A stretch of DNA of 64,000 bases from contig CALBCM010000035.1 of the NCBI GenBank assembly GCA_937927235.1, forward strand, positions 11,017 through 75,016. The letters are read 5' to 3'. The notes beneath the pieces were generated by a model. It was not told the DNA's origin, ran no database searches, and saw only the letters and a list, made by a program, of their open reading frames with translations. The DNA comes from an uncultured Johnsonella sp. (lineage in GTDB: Bacteria; Bacillota; Clostridia; Lachnospirales; Lachnospiraceae). Positions 20,794-29,052 of this stretch are shown here, piece after piece (position 1 is the stretch's first letter; each line of letters starts with the position of its first letter). Position numbers and translations under genes: made by a program.

Positions 20794-21426
20794 ATGATGC
20801 TTGAAAAGAAAACTACTGAATTTCTGGAAGCCCTGTCCTCCTCCCAGCCGGTGCCGGGAGGAGGCGGTGCCTGTGCGGCAGTAGGAGCTTTTGCCTGTGC
20901 ACTTGGAATGATGGTGGCGAATCTCACTGTAGGCAAAAAGAAGTATGCCGAGGTGGAAGAAGAAGTTAAAGCAGCAAGAGAAAGCTTAAAATCTCTTATG
21001 CAGGATATGATAAAGCTTACTGATGATGATGCTGAGGTGTTTGAGCCGCTGTCAAAGGCATACGGACTTCCAAAGGATACTAAGGAGCAGCAGGAGCATA
21101 AGGAAAAGGTGCTCGAGGAGGCTCTTTACAAGGCAAGCCTGGTTCCCATGAATATAATGGAAACTACACTTAAGGCTATGAAGCTTCTTGATATAATGGG
21201 ACAAAAGGGCAGTGCCTTAGTCATAAGCGATGTCGGTGTAGGCATAGTGTTTGCACAGGCGGCACTTGAGGGAGCTTCATTAAATATCTTTATAAATACT
21301 AAGCTCATGAAGGATGAAGCACATAAAAAGGAGCTTAATGACAGGACTGATGCCATATTAAAAGAAGGCAGCCAGATTAGAGAAAAGGTATTTGCTGCTG
21401 TGATGCAGAAAATAAGACCGTCTTAG
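20794..21426 (+). CDS. Cyclodeaminase/cyclohydrolase family (FTCD_C; FchA-like methenyl-THF cyclohydrolase)
   Basis: PVPGGG, MVANLTVGKKKY, SDVGVG, LNIFIN; lies between fhs and folD. Confidence 0.85.
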   Translation: MMLEKKTTEFLEALSSSQPVPGGGGACAAVGAFACALGMMVANLTVGKKKYAEVEEEVKAARESLKSLMQDMIKLTDDDAEVFEPLSKAYGLPKDTKEQQEHKEKVLEEALYKASLVPMNIMETTLKAMKLLDIMGQKGSALVISDVGVGIVFAQAALEGASLNIFINTKLMKDEAHKKELNDRTDAILKEGSQIREKVFAAVMQKIRPS

Positions 21427-21434
21427 GAGGTAGG

Positions 21435-22286
21435 ATGTCAACAGTTATGAAAGGCTCCGAAGTAGCTGCGGCTATGAAGGAGGAAATGGTAAAAAAGGTT
21501 TCAGAGCTTAAGGCAGGAGGAGTTTCTCCAAAGCTTGCTATATTGAGAGTGGGAAGCAGAGCAGATGATTTAGCCTATGAAAAGGGTGCAGTTAAGAAAA
21601 TGGCTGACATAGGTATAGAATGCGAAGTGCATGAGCTTGCTCAGGATGTTTCGCAGCAGGATTTTGAAGCTGAATTCAATAAAATAAATTCAGACAAAAA
21701 AGTACATGGAATTTTGATGTTCAGACCTCTGCCGAAGCATCTTGACGAAGGTGCTGTGCTTTCAGTGATCAGCCCTGAAAAAGATTCTGACTGCATGTGC
21801 GATGTTAATATAGCGAAGGTATTCTCCGGAGATTTAAGTGGATACCCTCCATGTACAGCTCAGGCAGTGATTGAAATGCTTGATTATTATAAAATTGAGC
21901 TTACAGGCAAAAGAGTTACTCTTGTGGGAAGAAGTATGGTGGTGGGAAAGCCGCTTGCCATGCTTTTACTAAAGCGTAATGCCACAGTGACCATGTGTCA
22001 TACAAGAACCAAAGACCTCGCAGGAACCTGCCGCAGTGCCGAAATTTTAATTGCTGCCGCCGGAAAGGCAAGAATGGTTACTGCCGATATGGTTTCAGAA
22101 GGAGCGATTGTAGTCGATGTCGGCATTAATGTAGACGAGAATGGAGTTCTCTGCGGAGATGTTGACTATGACGAGGTGGAGAAAAAGGCTTTATATATAA
22201 GTCCTGTACCCAGAGGAGTTGGAAGCATAACTACTTCAGTGCTTGCAAAGCACGTTTTAAGAGGAGCGGGAGCAAAATTTAATTAA
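21435..22286 (+). CDS. folD: Methylenetetrahydrofolate dehydrogenase/cyclohydrolase
   Basis: PLP, KD.D, PCT, GRS.VVGKP, DVGIN, GDVD, PVP.GVG. Confidence 0.93.
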   Translation: MSTVMKGSEVAAAMKEEMVKKVSELKAGGVSPKLAILRVGSRADDLAYEKGAVKKMADIGIECEVHELAQDVSQQDFEAEFNKINSDKKVHGILMFRPLPKHLDEGAVLSVISPEKDSDCMCDVNIAKVFSGDLSGYPPCTAQAVIEMLDYYKIELTGKRVTLVGRSMVVGKPLAMLLLKRNATVTMCHTRTKDLAGTCRSAEILIAAAGKARMVTADMVSEGAIVVDVGINVDENGVLCGDVDYDEVEKKALYISPVPRGVGSITTSVLAKHVLRGAGAKFN

Positions 22287-22292
22287 TATTTT

Positions 22293-22334
22293 TAAAATGC
22301 AGTGGCGGGAGTAAAATTCTGCTGCTGTATTTTT
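22293..22334 (+). terminator. Terminator of the gcv-fhs-folD operon
   Basis: aaaatgcagtggcgg ... ctgctgctgtattttt hairpin. Confidence 0.65.
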
Positions 22335-22431
22335 GTGTCTCACTATAATATTGACAAATGTGCCTGCATAAAATATGCTATAATACATAAGAATAGCCCC
22401 TAAAATATTCAGCACCGAAAGGTTTAAATTT

Positions 22432-23469
22432 ATGAAATGGAAAAAATACACTATAATGACCAGAACAGATGCAGTTGATATGATAAGTGCGGTTTTAAAT
22501 GATATAGGTATAGAAGGGATTGAGATAGAAGACTTTGTTCCGCTTACAGAAGATGAAACCAGCGGAATGTTTATAGATATACTTCCCAAGCTCCCGGAGG
22601 ATGAGGGAAAAGCTAAGGTCAGCTTTTACCTCGAATTTAAAGAGGATAAGAGTAATGAGGCTATATTGCAGCAGGTGAATGAAGAGCTTATGGAGCTTAA
22701 TGTATTCAGCGATATTGGTTCCTGTATAATTATAGAGGATGAAACCGAAGATAAAGACTGGCTGAATAACTGGAAGCAGTTTTTTAAGCCTTTTAAGGTA
22801 GAAGATATACTTATTAAACCCACTTGGGAAAAAATTCCTAAAGATATGCAATATACAGCTATGGTTGAAATAGACCCCGGAACTGCATTTGGTACAGGCT
22901 CACATGAAACTACCAAGCTTTGTATCAAGCTTTTAAGAAAATATATAAGCGGAATTAAAAATAAAGAGCTTAAGCAAGGCAAGGGAAAAAATACCTTATT
23001 AAAAGAGAGAGAAAAAGCTCTTGAAATCCTTGATGTAGGAACGGGCAGCGGCATCCTTGGAATTATTGCACTAAAGCTTGGTGCGGCTAAGGTCTGTGCT
23101 GTAGACATAGATAAAAATGTAGAAGACTGCGTTAAAGAAAATATGGCAGCAAATGGCATTGCCGCCTCAAGGATGAAATTTATATGCGGGAATCTGCTGG
23201 AAGACAGGGAGCTTCAAAGGGAAGTCGGAGAAAACAGGTATGATATAGCGGTAGCAAATATTCTTGCACCGGTAATAGTGCTTTTGCAGAAAGAAATTAC
23301 AAGACATTTAAAGGACGGAGCGATATTTATTGCTTCGGGAATTATTGATACAAAAGCAGAGGAGGTAAGACTGGCAGTAGAGAAAAATCCTTATCTGGAG
23401 CTTATAGAGGTATTAAGTGACGGAGAATGGGTGGCAGTTTGTGCAAGAAGAACTCAAAGGCTGAAATAA
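22432..23469 (+). CDS. prmA: Ribosomal protein L11 methyltransferase
   Basis: DW..NWKQFFKP, IDPGTAFGTGSHETT, LDVGTGSGIL, VANILA. Confidence 0.96.
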   Translation: MKWKKYTIMTRTDAVDMISAVLNDIGIEGIEIEDFVPLTEDETSGMFIDILPKLPEDEGKAKVSFYLEFKEDKSNEAILQQVNEELMELNVFSDIGSCIIIEDETEDKDWLNNWKQFFKPFKVEDILIKPTWEKIPKDMQYTAMVEIDPGTAFGTGSHETTKLCIKLLRKYISGIKNKELKQGKGKNTLLKEREKALEILDVGTGSGILGIIALKLGAAKVCAVDIDKNVEDCVKENMAANGIAASRMKFICGNLLEDRELQREVGENRYDIAVANILAPVIVLLQKEITRHLKDGAIFIASGIIDTKAEEVRLAVEKNPYLELIEVLSDGEWVAVCARRTQRLK

Positions 23470-23551
23470 TAATGCCAATAAGTAATCTTAAATGAGACAA
23501 ACAATAAAGCGGATTGCAGCTATCCGCTTTATTCTACTGTATAAAATTTTT

Positions 23552-24289
23552 ATGCAGCATTTTTTTATAAATCCGGAAGACATCAGGGAAAATAAAGTGG
23601 TAATAAAAGGCGGGGATGCAAGACATATTTCAAAGGTCCTGCGTATGAAAGAGGGAGAAAGGCTGCTTGTCAGTACAGGGAATGACTGGGATTATCTATG
23701 CAGCATAGAGAGAGTGGAAAAGGACTGCATCTATCTGGAAATCAAAGAGGAAAATAACGACGTGAGGGAGCTTAATAACAGGATAGTGCTGTTTCAGGCA
23801 CTCCCGAAGTCTGATAAAATGGAGCTTATAATACAAAAAGCGGTAGAGCTTGGCGTAAGTGAGATAGTGCCTGTTATTACAAATAGAGTAGTTGTAAGGC
23901 TTGATGCCAAAAAAACTGCATTAAAGCTTCAAAGATGGAACACAATAGCAAAAAGTGCTGCTCAGCAATCTAAAAGAAAGATTATACCCAGGGTAGCCAA
24001 GCCTCTTGATTTTAAAAGGCTTCTTGAGTATACTAAAGGCTTTAAACATAAGCTGATACCCTATGAGCTTGAAAAAGAGCAGGGAAGGCTTAAGGGTTTT
24101 TTAGAAAAACTGCTGCCGGGAGAAGACATTGCCATCTGCATAGGTCCTGAGGGCGGCTTTGAAGAAAATGAAATTAAAGAGGCGGTTTCTGAAGGCTTTA
24201 CTTCCGTAATGCTTGGCAGGCGCATACTGAGGACTGAAACTGCCGGCTTTGCAATACTTTCGGCTTTAATGCTTTATTTGGACAGCTAA
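23552..24289 (+). CDS. rsmE: 16S rRNA m3U1498 methyltransferase
   Basis: HISKVLRM, QKAVELGV, IGPEGGF, LG.RILRTETA. Confidence 0.95.
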   Translation: MQHFFINPEDIRENKVVIKGGDARHISKVLRMKEGERLLVSTGNDWDYLCSIERVEKDCIYLEIKEENNDVRELNNRIVLFQALPKSDKMELIIQKAVELGVSEIVPVITNRVVVRLDAKKTALKLQRWNTIAKSAAQQSKRKIIPRVAKPLDFKRLLEYTKGFKHKLIPYELEKEQGRLKGFLEKLLPGEDIAICIGPEGGFEENEIKEAVSEGFTSVMLGRRILRTETAGFAILSALMLYLDS

Positions 24290-24324
24290 AATTTTAACAA
24301 TAAAAAATATAAGGGAATTAGATT

Positions 24325-25473
24325 ATGAGAGTTTATTTTGATAATGCGGCTTCAACCAAGGTCAGCCCCTCGGTAATAGAGGTGATGAAAAAAACTATGG
24401 AAGAAGATTATGCCAATCCCTCAGCCAGGCATGTAATGGGTGTGGAGGCTGAAAATTATTATAAGGAGGCGGCACAGGCGGTGTCAAAAACCTTAAAGGT
24501 AAATCCTAAAGAAATAGTATTTACCTCAGGCGGCACGGAGTCAAACAATATGGCTCTTATAGGGGCTGCCAGAGCCTATCAAAGGTCAGGAAGGCATATT
24601 ATAAGCACCTCAATAGAGCACCCAGCTGTTTATGAGCCGCTTGCCTATTTAAAAGAAGAGGGTTTTGAAATCAGTATACTGCCGGCGGACAGCTTGGGTC
24701 ACATCAGTCTTGAGGAGCTGAAAAACACCATAAGAAAAGACACTGTTCTGATTTCTGCAATGCTTGTAAATAATGAAATGGGAGCGGTGGAGCCTGTTGA
24801 TGAGATTGCAGCACTTATAAAAAGCATAAACCCTCAGATTATATTCCATGTTGATGCAATACAGGCGTATGGAAAATATAGGATATATCCTAAAAAATCG
24901 GGGATTGACCTGTTAAGCGTAAGCGGGCATAAGCTTCATGCTCCAAAAGGAGTAGGATTTTTATATGTAAATGAAAAAATAAAAATAAAGCCTGTAGTGT
25001 TTGGAGGAGGTCAGCAAAGGGGGTTGAGAAGCGGAACTCTTAATATACCGGGCATCGCAGGTATGGGAAAGGCTGCTTCTGAAGCTTATGAGAATTTTGA
25101 CAATAAGGTAAAAAAAGTTGCAGAGATTAAGGACCATATCATAAGCGGGCTTGAAAATACAGAGGGAGTAAGCATTAATTCTCAGAGGGGACTGTTAAGT
25201 GCTCCTCACGTGCTCAGCGTAACTGTAAAGGGTATAAGAGGCGAGGTGCTTTTGCATGCGCTTGAAGCCGAGGGCATCTATGTCGCAAGCGGCTCAGCCT
25301 GTTCTTCAAACCACCCGGGGATATCAGGTACCTTAAAAGGCATAGGGCTTACTGATGAAGCGGCTGCTTCAACTATAAGGCTGTCATTTTCTGAATATAA
25401 TACAATGCATGAGGCGGATTATTTTTTAGAAAGGCTTAATGAAATGCTTCCGGTGCTTAGAAGATTCAAGTAG
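24325..25473 (+). CDS. Cysteine desulfurase (IscS/NifS family, ThiI-associated)
   Basis: YFDNAAST, FTSGGTE, SGHKLHAPKG, SGSACSS. Confidence 0.93.
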   Translation: MRVYFDNAASTKVSPSVIEVMKKTMEEDYANPSARHVMGVEAENYYKEAAQAVSKTLKVNPKEIVFTSGGTESNNMALIGAARAYQRSGRHIISTSIEHPAVYEPLAYLKEEGFEISILPADSLGHISLEELKNTIRKDTVLISAMLVNNEMGAVEPVDEIAALIKSINPQIIFHVDAIQAYGKYRIYPKKSGIDLLSVSGHKLHAPKGVGFLYVNEKIKIKPVVFGGGQQRGLRSGTLNIPGIAGMGKAASEAYENFDNKVKKVAEIKDHIISGLENTEGVSINSQRGLLSAPHVLSVTVKGIRGEVLLHALEAEGIYVASGSACSSNHPGISGTLKGIGLTDEAAASTIRLSFSEYNTMHEADYFLERLNEMLPVLRRFK

Positions 25474-25588
25474 TTATATCTATATAAGAAAGCGGCGAAG
25501 CGGATTGAGAAGGTCTGTGCTGTTTATGTGTAAGAAAAATTGCTCACTTGTCTGTCACAAGAGTGCTGCAAAAGAAAGGCTGTAATTT

Positions 25589-26776
25589 ATGAAGTATAAA
25601 TCATTTTTAATTAAGTATGGGGAAATAGGGGTCAAGGGAAAGAACAGATATAAATTTGAAGATGCACTTATGAAACAGATAAGGCTCGCCTTAAGAACGA
25701 TTTCGGGTGAGTTTACTGTAAGCAAAGAGCTTGGAAGAATATATGTGGATGCAGCTAAGGATTATGATGAGGATGAAGTAATTGCTGCACTTTGCAAAGT
25801 TTTCGGCATAGTCGCAGTCTGCCCTGTAGTAAGAATAGAATCAAAGGATTTTGATAATCTTAAGAAATCGGCAGTAGCATACTTTGACAAGGCTTATCCT
25901 GATAAGAGATTGAGCTTTAAGGTTGATACAAGGCGGGCGGATAAAAGCTATGCTAAAACCTCGGAGCAGATCAATGCACTGCTTGGAGAGGCTATTCTTG
26001 AAGCTTTTAATGAGCTCAGAGTGGATGTGCATAAGCCTGAGGTATTATTAAAGGTTGAGATAAGGAATCATATAAATATATATTCTCTGTCAATCCCGGG
26101 TCCGGGAGGAATGCCGGTAGGGACTAACGGCAGAGCGATGCTGCTTTTATCCGGAGGGATAGACTCTCCGGTAGCAGGCTATATGATAGCAAAGAGAGGA
26201 GTTAAAATAGAAGCGGTGTATTTTCATGCTCCGCCCTATACCTCAGAAAGAGCTAAGCAGAAGGTTATTGAGCTTGCCGGTATCACAGCACGCTATGCAG
26301 GACCTATAAATTTGAATATAATTAATTTTACGGATATACAATTATACATATATGAGAAATGCCCTCATGAGGAGATAACTATAATTATGAGGCGCTATAT
26401 GATGAAAATTGCGCAGACAATAGCTGAAACTCACGGAGATTTAGCGCTGATAACCGGAGAGAGCGTAGGTCAGGTGGCAAGCCAGACAGTACATTCTCTT
26501 GCAGTCACCGACAATGTATGCAGGATGCCGGTATTCAGACCGCTCATAGGCTTTGATAAACAGGAAATTATAGCTATAGCGCAGAGGATAGGCACATTTG
26601 AAACTTCAATACAGCCTTATGAGGACTGCTGTACAATCTTTGTAGCAAAGCATCCGGTGACTAAGCCTGAGCTTAATCAAATAATCGCCTCGGAAGGTCT
26701 GCTTGCTGAAAAGATAGATGAGCTTGTAAAAATTGCGATAGCTGGCAAAGAGAGAATTTTATGCGATGCGAAATAA
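25589..26776 (+). CDS. thiI: tRNA 4-thiouridine synthase
   Basis: GEIGVKGKNR, THUMP domain, LLSGGIDSPVA, GQVASQT, EDCC. Confidence 0.96.
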   Translation: MKYKSFLIKYGEIGVKGKNRYKFEDALMKQIRLALRTISGEFTVSKELGRIYVDAAKDYDEDEVIAALCKVFGIVAVCPVVRIESKDFDNLKKSAVAYFDKAYPDKRLSFKVDTRRADKSYAKTSEQINALLGEAILEAFNELRVDVHKPEVLLKVEIRNHINIYSLSIPGPGGMPVGTNGRAMLLLSGGIDSPVAGYMIAKRGVKIEAVYFHAPPYTSERAKQKVIELAGITARYAGPINLNIINFTDIQLYIYEKCPHEEITIIMRRYMMKIAQTIAETHGDLALITGESVGQVASQTVHSLAVTDNVCRMPVFRPLIGFDKQEIIAIAQRIGTFETSIQPYEDCCTIFVAKHPVTKPELNQIIASEGLLAEKIDELVKIAIAGKERILCDAK

Positions 26777-26800
26777 CAGAATTTAATTAATCATATAAAA

Positions 26801-26870
26801 AGGCTGCTGCATTAAAGAAAAGGATTACAAAATTGTGACTCTGTAAATTCTGTTCTTATTGCAGCAGCTT
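26801..26870. terminator. Long GCTGCTGCA-type hairpin between convergent thiI and HPr
   Basis: aggctgctgca ... tgcagcagctt with internal pairing. Confidence 0.7.
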
Positions 26871-26915
26871 CTAAAATAATACAAATAAAAAATTTTTATG
26901 ATTACAAATCATAAA

Positions 26916-27149
26916 TTAATCAACGATGTAGGATTTTAAGGCTTCAACAATCTGCTCTGCTTCATTATCAGCATGTATATTTAAATCAATAGGCTTTGAA
27001 AGGTCAAGACTGAATATACCCATGATTGATTTAGCATCAATTACATATCTGCCTGAAACTAGGTCAAAATCAACATCAAACTTTGAAAGGTCATTTACAA
27101 ATGCTTTAACCTTATCAATGGTGTTTAATGAAATACGAATGGTTTTCAT
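26916..27149 (-). CDS. HPr-family phosphocarrier-like protein lacking His15
   Basis: IDAKSIMGIFSL Ser46 motif; start MKTIRIS after a GGAGG RBS. Confidence 0.85.
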   Translation of the reverse strand: MKTIRISLNTIDKVKAFVNDLSKFDVDFDLVSGRYVIDAKSIMGIFSLDLSKPIDLNIHADNEAEQIVEALKSYIVD

Positions 27150-27194
27150 AAATATTCCTCCTTTGTGAATGACATTATAATACAAATATTAGTA

Positions 27195-27250
27195 AAGTGC
27201 TTAAAGCACTTATCTGAATATATCCTACATAGAAATTGAACTAAAGTCAA
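27195..27250 (-). promoter_or_regulatory. Promoter of the HPr-like gene with a downstream dyad operator
   Basis: TTGACT-17-TAGGAT on the minus strand; dyad aagtgctt-a-aagcactt at 27195-27211. Confidence 0.55.
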
Positions 27251-27259
27251 GGAGATTTT

Positions 27260-28681
27260 ATGAGAAAAGTTGCTTTTCACACGCTTGGGTGTAAAGTAAA
27301 TATATACGAAACAGAGGCTATGCAGAGGATTATGAGTGAAGCAGGTTATGAGCTTGTAAATTTTAATGAAAATGCTGATGTATATATAATTAATACCTGC
27401 TCAGTAACAAATATTGCCGACAGAAAATCACGGCAGATTTTACACAGAGCTAAAAAAGAAAATCCTGATTCCGTGGTAGTAGCTGCGGGCTGCTATGTAC
27501 AGTCAGGAGCTGAAAAGATAAAGCAAGACTGCAATATAGATATAATAGTCGGGAATAATAAAAAGAAAGATATAGCCGTAATTATAAATAAATATTTTGA
27601 TGAAGTAATAAAACTAAATAAGCCGGAGCATCAGGTCATTGAAGAAGCCATAAAAGAAAACTCGGATGAGCTTGCTGCTTACAGCAAAAAATCTGAAAAT
27701 ATCGAAAGAAGGGTTTTGAGCAATGTTATAGATATAAATAAAAGCTGTGAGTATGAAGACTTCGGAGTATCAAAGCTTGGCAGGCATACAAGAGCCTTCA
27801 TAAAAGTACAGGATGGCTGCAATCAGTTTTGTACCTACTGTATTATACCTTATACGAGAGGCAGGATAAGGAGCAGGGAGCTTAAAAGTATTCTGGCTGA
27901 GGTAAGCGGACTTGTTAAAAAGGGCTATAAAGAAATGGTGCTTACAGGGATACATCTTTCTTCGTACGGGCTTGATGTGGACAGAAAGCAGCAGCTGCTG
28001 GAGCTTATAAGTGCGGTTGCCGGAATTCCGGGGGTTGAAAGACTGAGAATAGGCTCTTTAGAGCCAAGGATAATCAGCCGGGAATTTCTTTCGGGACTGA
28101 TTCAAATCCCTCAGTTTTGCCCGCATTTTCATCTTTCACTGCAAAGCGGCTGTGACAGTGTGCTTAAGCGCATGAACAGGCAGTATAACAGCAGCGATTT
28201 TATAAAGGGAGTAAAACTGATAAGAGAGTATTATAGACATCCGGCAATTACTACCGACATTATAGTGGGCTTCCCGGGAGAAAGTGAGGAAGAATTCAAT
28301 ATAAGCAGAGATTTTGTGAATGAAGTGGGATTTTATGAAATGCATATATTTCCTTTTTCTGTCAGAGAGGGAACTAAGGCGGCAAAGCTGCCTAATCAGC
28401 TGACTCAAAAAGAAAAATCAGTCCGTGCAGCCATACTTGCAAAAATAAATAAAGAAAAGGCTTATGATTTCAGGAAACACTGCCTTGGGCAATTTGATGA
28501 GCTGTTAAGTGAAGAAGTAGTTGAAATTAACGGCAGAAAATATATTTTAGGTCATACTAAGGAATACGTCAAGGCGGCAGTGCCTTACTTTGCAGAGGGA
28601 CAAAACAAGCTTATAAAAGGCAGGCTCACCTCATTTTTGACTGAAGAGATACTTTTAATGGAGCCGACAGTTTCGGCTTAA
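27260..28681 (+). CDS. mtaB: tRNA t6A37 methylthiotransferase
   Basis: TLGCKVN.YET, INTCSVT, KVQDGCNQFCTYCIIP radical-SAM motif. Confidence 0.94.
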   Translation: MRKVAFHTLGCKVNIYETEAMQRIMSEAGYELVNFNENADVYIINTCSVTNIADRKSRQILHRAKKENPDSVVVAAGCYVQSGAEKIKQDCNIDIIVGNNKKKDIAVIINKYFDEVIKLNKPEHQVIEEAIKENSDELAAYSKKSENIERRVLSNVIDINKSCEYEDFGVSKLGRHTRAFIKVQDGCNQFCTYCIIPYTRGRIRSRELKSILAEVSGLVKKGYKEMVLTGIHLSSYGLDVDRKQQLLELISAVAGIPGVERLRIGSLEPRIISREFLSGLIQIPQFCPHFHLSLQSGCDSVLKRMNRQYNSSDFIKGVKLIREYYRHPAITTDIIVGFPGESEEEFNISRDFVNEVGFYEMHIFPFSVREGTKAAKLPNQLTQKEKSVRAAILAKINKEKAYDFRKHCLGQFDELLSEEVVEINGRKYILGHTKEYVKAAVPYFAEGQNKLIKGRLTSFLTEEILLMEPTVSA

Positions 28682-28711
28682 GATGCTGTTTTTAAAATAC
28701 CGTATTTAAAG

Positions 28712-28806
28712 TGGTGTTGCAAAATAGCAGATTCAGATAATATATAGTATAGAAAGCAAAAAATATTCAACTATATATTGCAGAAACGCTGAATTTTGCA
28801 ACACCA
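28712..28806. repeat. Long inverted repeat (GTGTTGCAAAA...TTTTGCAACAC), MITE/terminator-like
   Basis: tggtgttgcaaaat / attttgcaacacca perfect 14-bp arms, internal aatatatagt/actatatatt. Confidence 0.75.
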
Positions 28807-28811
28807 TTTTT

Positions 28812-29030
28812 ATTTCCCCAATCCCGCCCCGGCTATACAAACTGTAAAGGGTAGTAAATGTAAAAAGTAAAATTGCCGTTGTAAACCTGCTGAGCAATGC
28901 ATTTTGCTATAAGAGTATGTGCCCGGCATATTAGTCAGTATGGTAACTTTGCTGCTATATAAAAGTGTTTCAAAAATCGAAAACCTTTATAAACAGCGGA
29001 TTTTTACACGCTTTGTATAACCTTGCCAAT
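28812..29030 (-). ncRNA. Candidate ~200-nt structured non-coding RNA
   Basis: Terminal helix ggttatacaaa/tttgtatagcc extended by tgtaaa/tttaca, long internal hairpin, G-U wobbles favour the minus strand, possible aatccgc/gcgggatt pseudoknot. Confidence 0.55.
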
Positions 29031-29052
29031 TAGTATTTTGCATACAATAAAG

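Noticed and set aside
22960..23020. Lys-rich insertion in PrmA (and a similar insertion in MtaB)
   Set aside because: Short in-frame loop insertions with no intein or intron hallmarks
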